DNA of 24,000 nucleotides from Candidatus Competibacteraceae bacterium (GTDB lineage Bacteria > Pseudomonadota > Gammaproteobacteria > Competibacterales > Competibacteraceae), in assembly GCA_003989085.1 (NCBI GenBank), contig RXIV01000011.1:51588-75587 (forward strand), in the 5' to 3' direction. The notes under the pieces are model-generated. The model saw only the letters and a list, made by a program, of their open reading frames with translations. It did not search any database and had not been told where the DNA came from. This document shows positions 23,535-24,000 of the stretch, piece after piece (the first letter of the stretch is position 1; each line of letters opens with the position of its first letter). The translations under genes were made by a program, and so were the position numbers.

Positions 23535-24000
23535 TCAGGCCAGCCGCGCACTAAAATCGTGATCCGCCAGACGAAGCAGCAACACATCGCCAGAGTGTAA
23601 CGGTCCAACGCCAGCCGGGGTGCCGGTCAGCACTACATCACCCGGTTGCAGGGTAAAATGGGTCGATATGTAGGCCATCAGTTCAAAGATGCCGATTATC
23701 ATCAACCGGGTGTTGCCTTGTTGCCGCCATTGGCCGTTGACCTGCAACGCCAGATCGGCGGCCTGTGGTTCGGGTAAAGATTCAGGTTTCAGGAAGGGTG
23801 ACAAAGGGCAGGCGCCGTCAAAGGCTTTAGCGGTTTCCCAGGGATGGCCTTTGCTCTTTAACTCGTTTTGCAGCGCTCGCAAGGTCAGATCGAGCGCGAC
23901 GCCATAGCCGGCGACAGCATCCCGCGCCCTTTCAGCATTGGCGTTGCGCAGTTCCCGCCCGACCAGCACTGCCAGCTCCACCTCATGATGGCATTCACCC
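23535..24000 (-). CDS. Fumarylacetoacetate hydrolase (FAH) family protein (5' end outside the window)
   Basis: The frame stays open to the window edge (..GECHHEVELAVLVG..; the track 'M' is an internal GTG). FAH-family motifs HHE.ELAV..G, ..WETAKAFDG.., ..LQPGDVVLTGTPAGVG. Confidence 0.8.
   Translation of the reverse strand, partial: GECHHEVELAVLVGRELRNANAERARDAVAGYGVALDLTLRALQNELKSKGHPWETAKAFDGACPLSPFLKPESLPEPQAADLALQVNGQWRQQGNTRLMIIGIFELMAYISTHFTLQPGDVVLTGTPAGVGPLHSGDVLLLRLADHDFSARLA

Noticed and set aside
1-24000. Search for CRISPR arrays, tRNA/rRNA genes, IS elements, toxin-antitoxin pairs or known defence-system genes
   Set aside because: No periodic repeat-spacer structure, no cloverleaf-like or rRNA-like segment in the short intergenic regions, and no transposase, integrase, nuclease-NTPase or small paired ORFs were recognised. 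All sizeable intergenic gaps are 220 bp or less.

Overview
This looks like a chromosomal, mostly core-genome segment of a GC-rich proteobacterium. It is probably a gammaproteobacterium, judging from the rhodanese-grxC-secB-gpsA block facing a phosphoglycerate mutase-ctp block. I support 27 protein-coding genes, two of them truncated by the window edges. I saw no rRNA, tRNA, CRISPR array, transposase, integrase or phage gene. Many long track ORFs are alternate-frame shadows typical of GC-rich DNA. Several real genes needed their track starts trimmed, because the track also opens ORFs at GTG/TTG. Recognisable genes: hybrid histidine kinase, aqpZ, DJ-1/PfpI, S41 protease, gpmA, ArsR-type regulator, DUF2892, rhodanese, grxC, secB, gpsA, GAF/HD-GYP phosphodiesterase, creD, RNB ribonuclease, nth, DUF1841, GT4 glycogen synthase, flavodoxin-like NAD(P)H oxidoreductase and FAH-family hydrolase. 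The most unusual part is 2.1-9.2 kb. A translationally coupled exported pair (orphan lipoprotein plus DUF3047) diverges across only 60 bp from a two-armed cluster. That cluster holds two non-canonical PTPS/QueD-fold proteins, two GT-B glycosyltransferases, a SAM methyltransferase and a zinc-ligand-less MDR dehydrogenase. I read it as a candidate pathway for a glycosylated, methylated pterin-like metabolite with no characterised proteobacterial counterpart that I know of. Secondary points: an SqrR/BigR/YgaV-like thiol-switch regulator module inserted ahead of rhodanese-grxC; gpmA sitting where relatives carry gpmI-envC; a near-consensus cre tag upstream of a stand-alone creD; and an HD-GYP protein whose signature reads GYH. 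All functional calls rest on motif recognition by eye. No database search was run.
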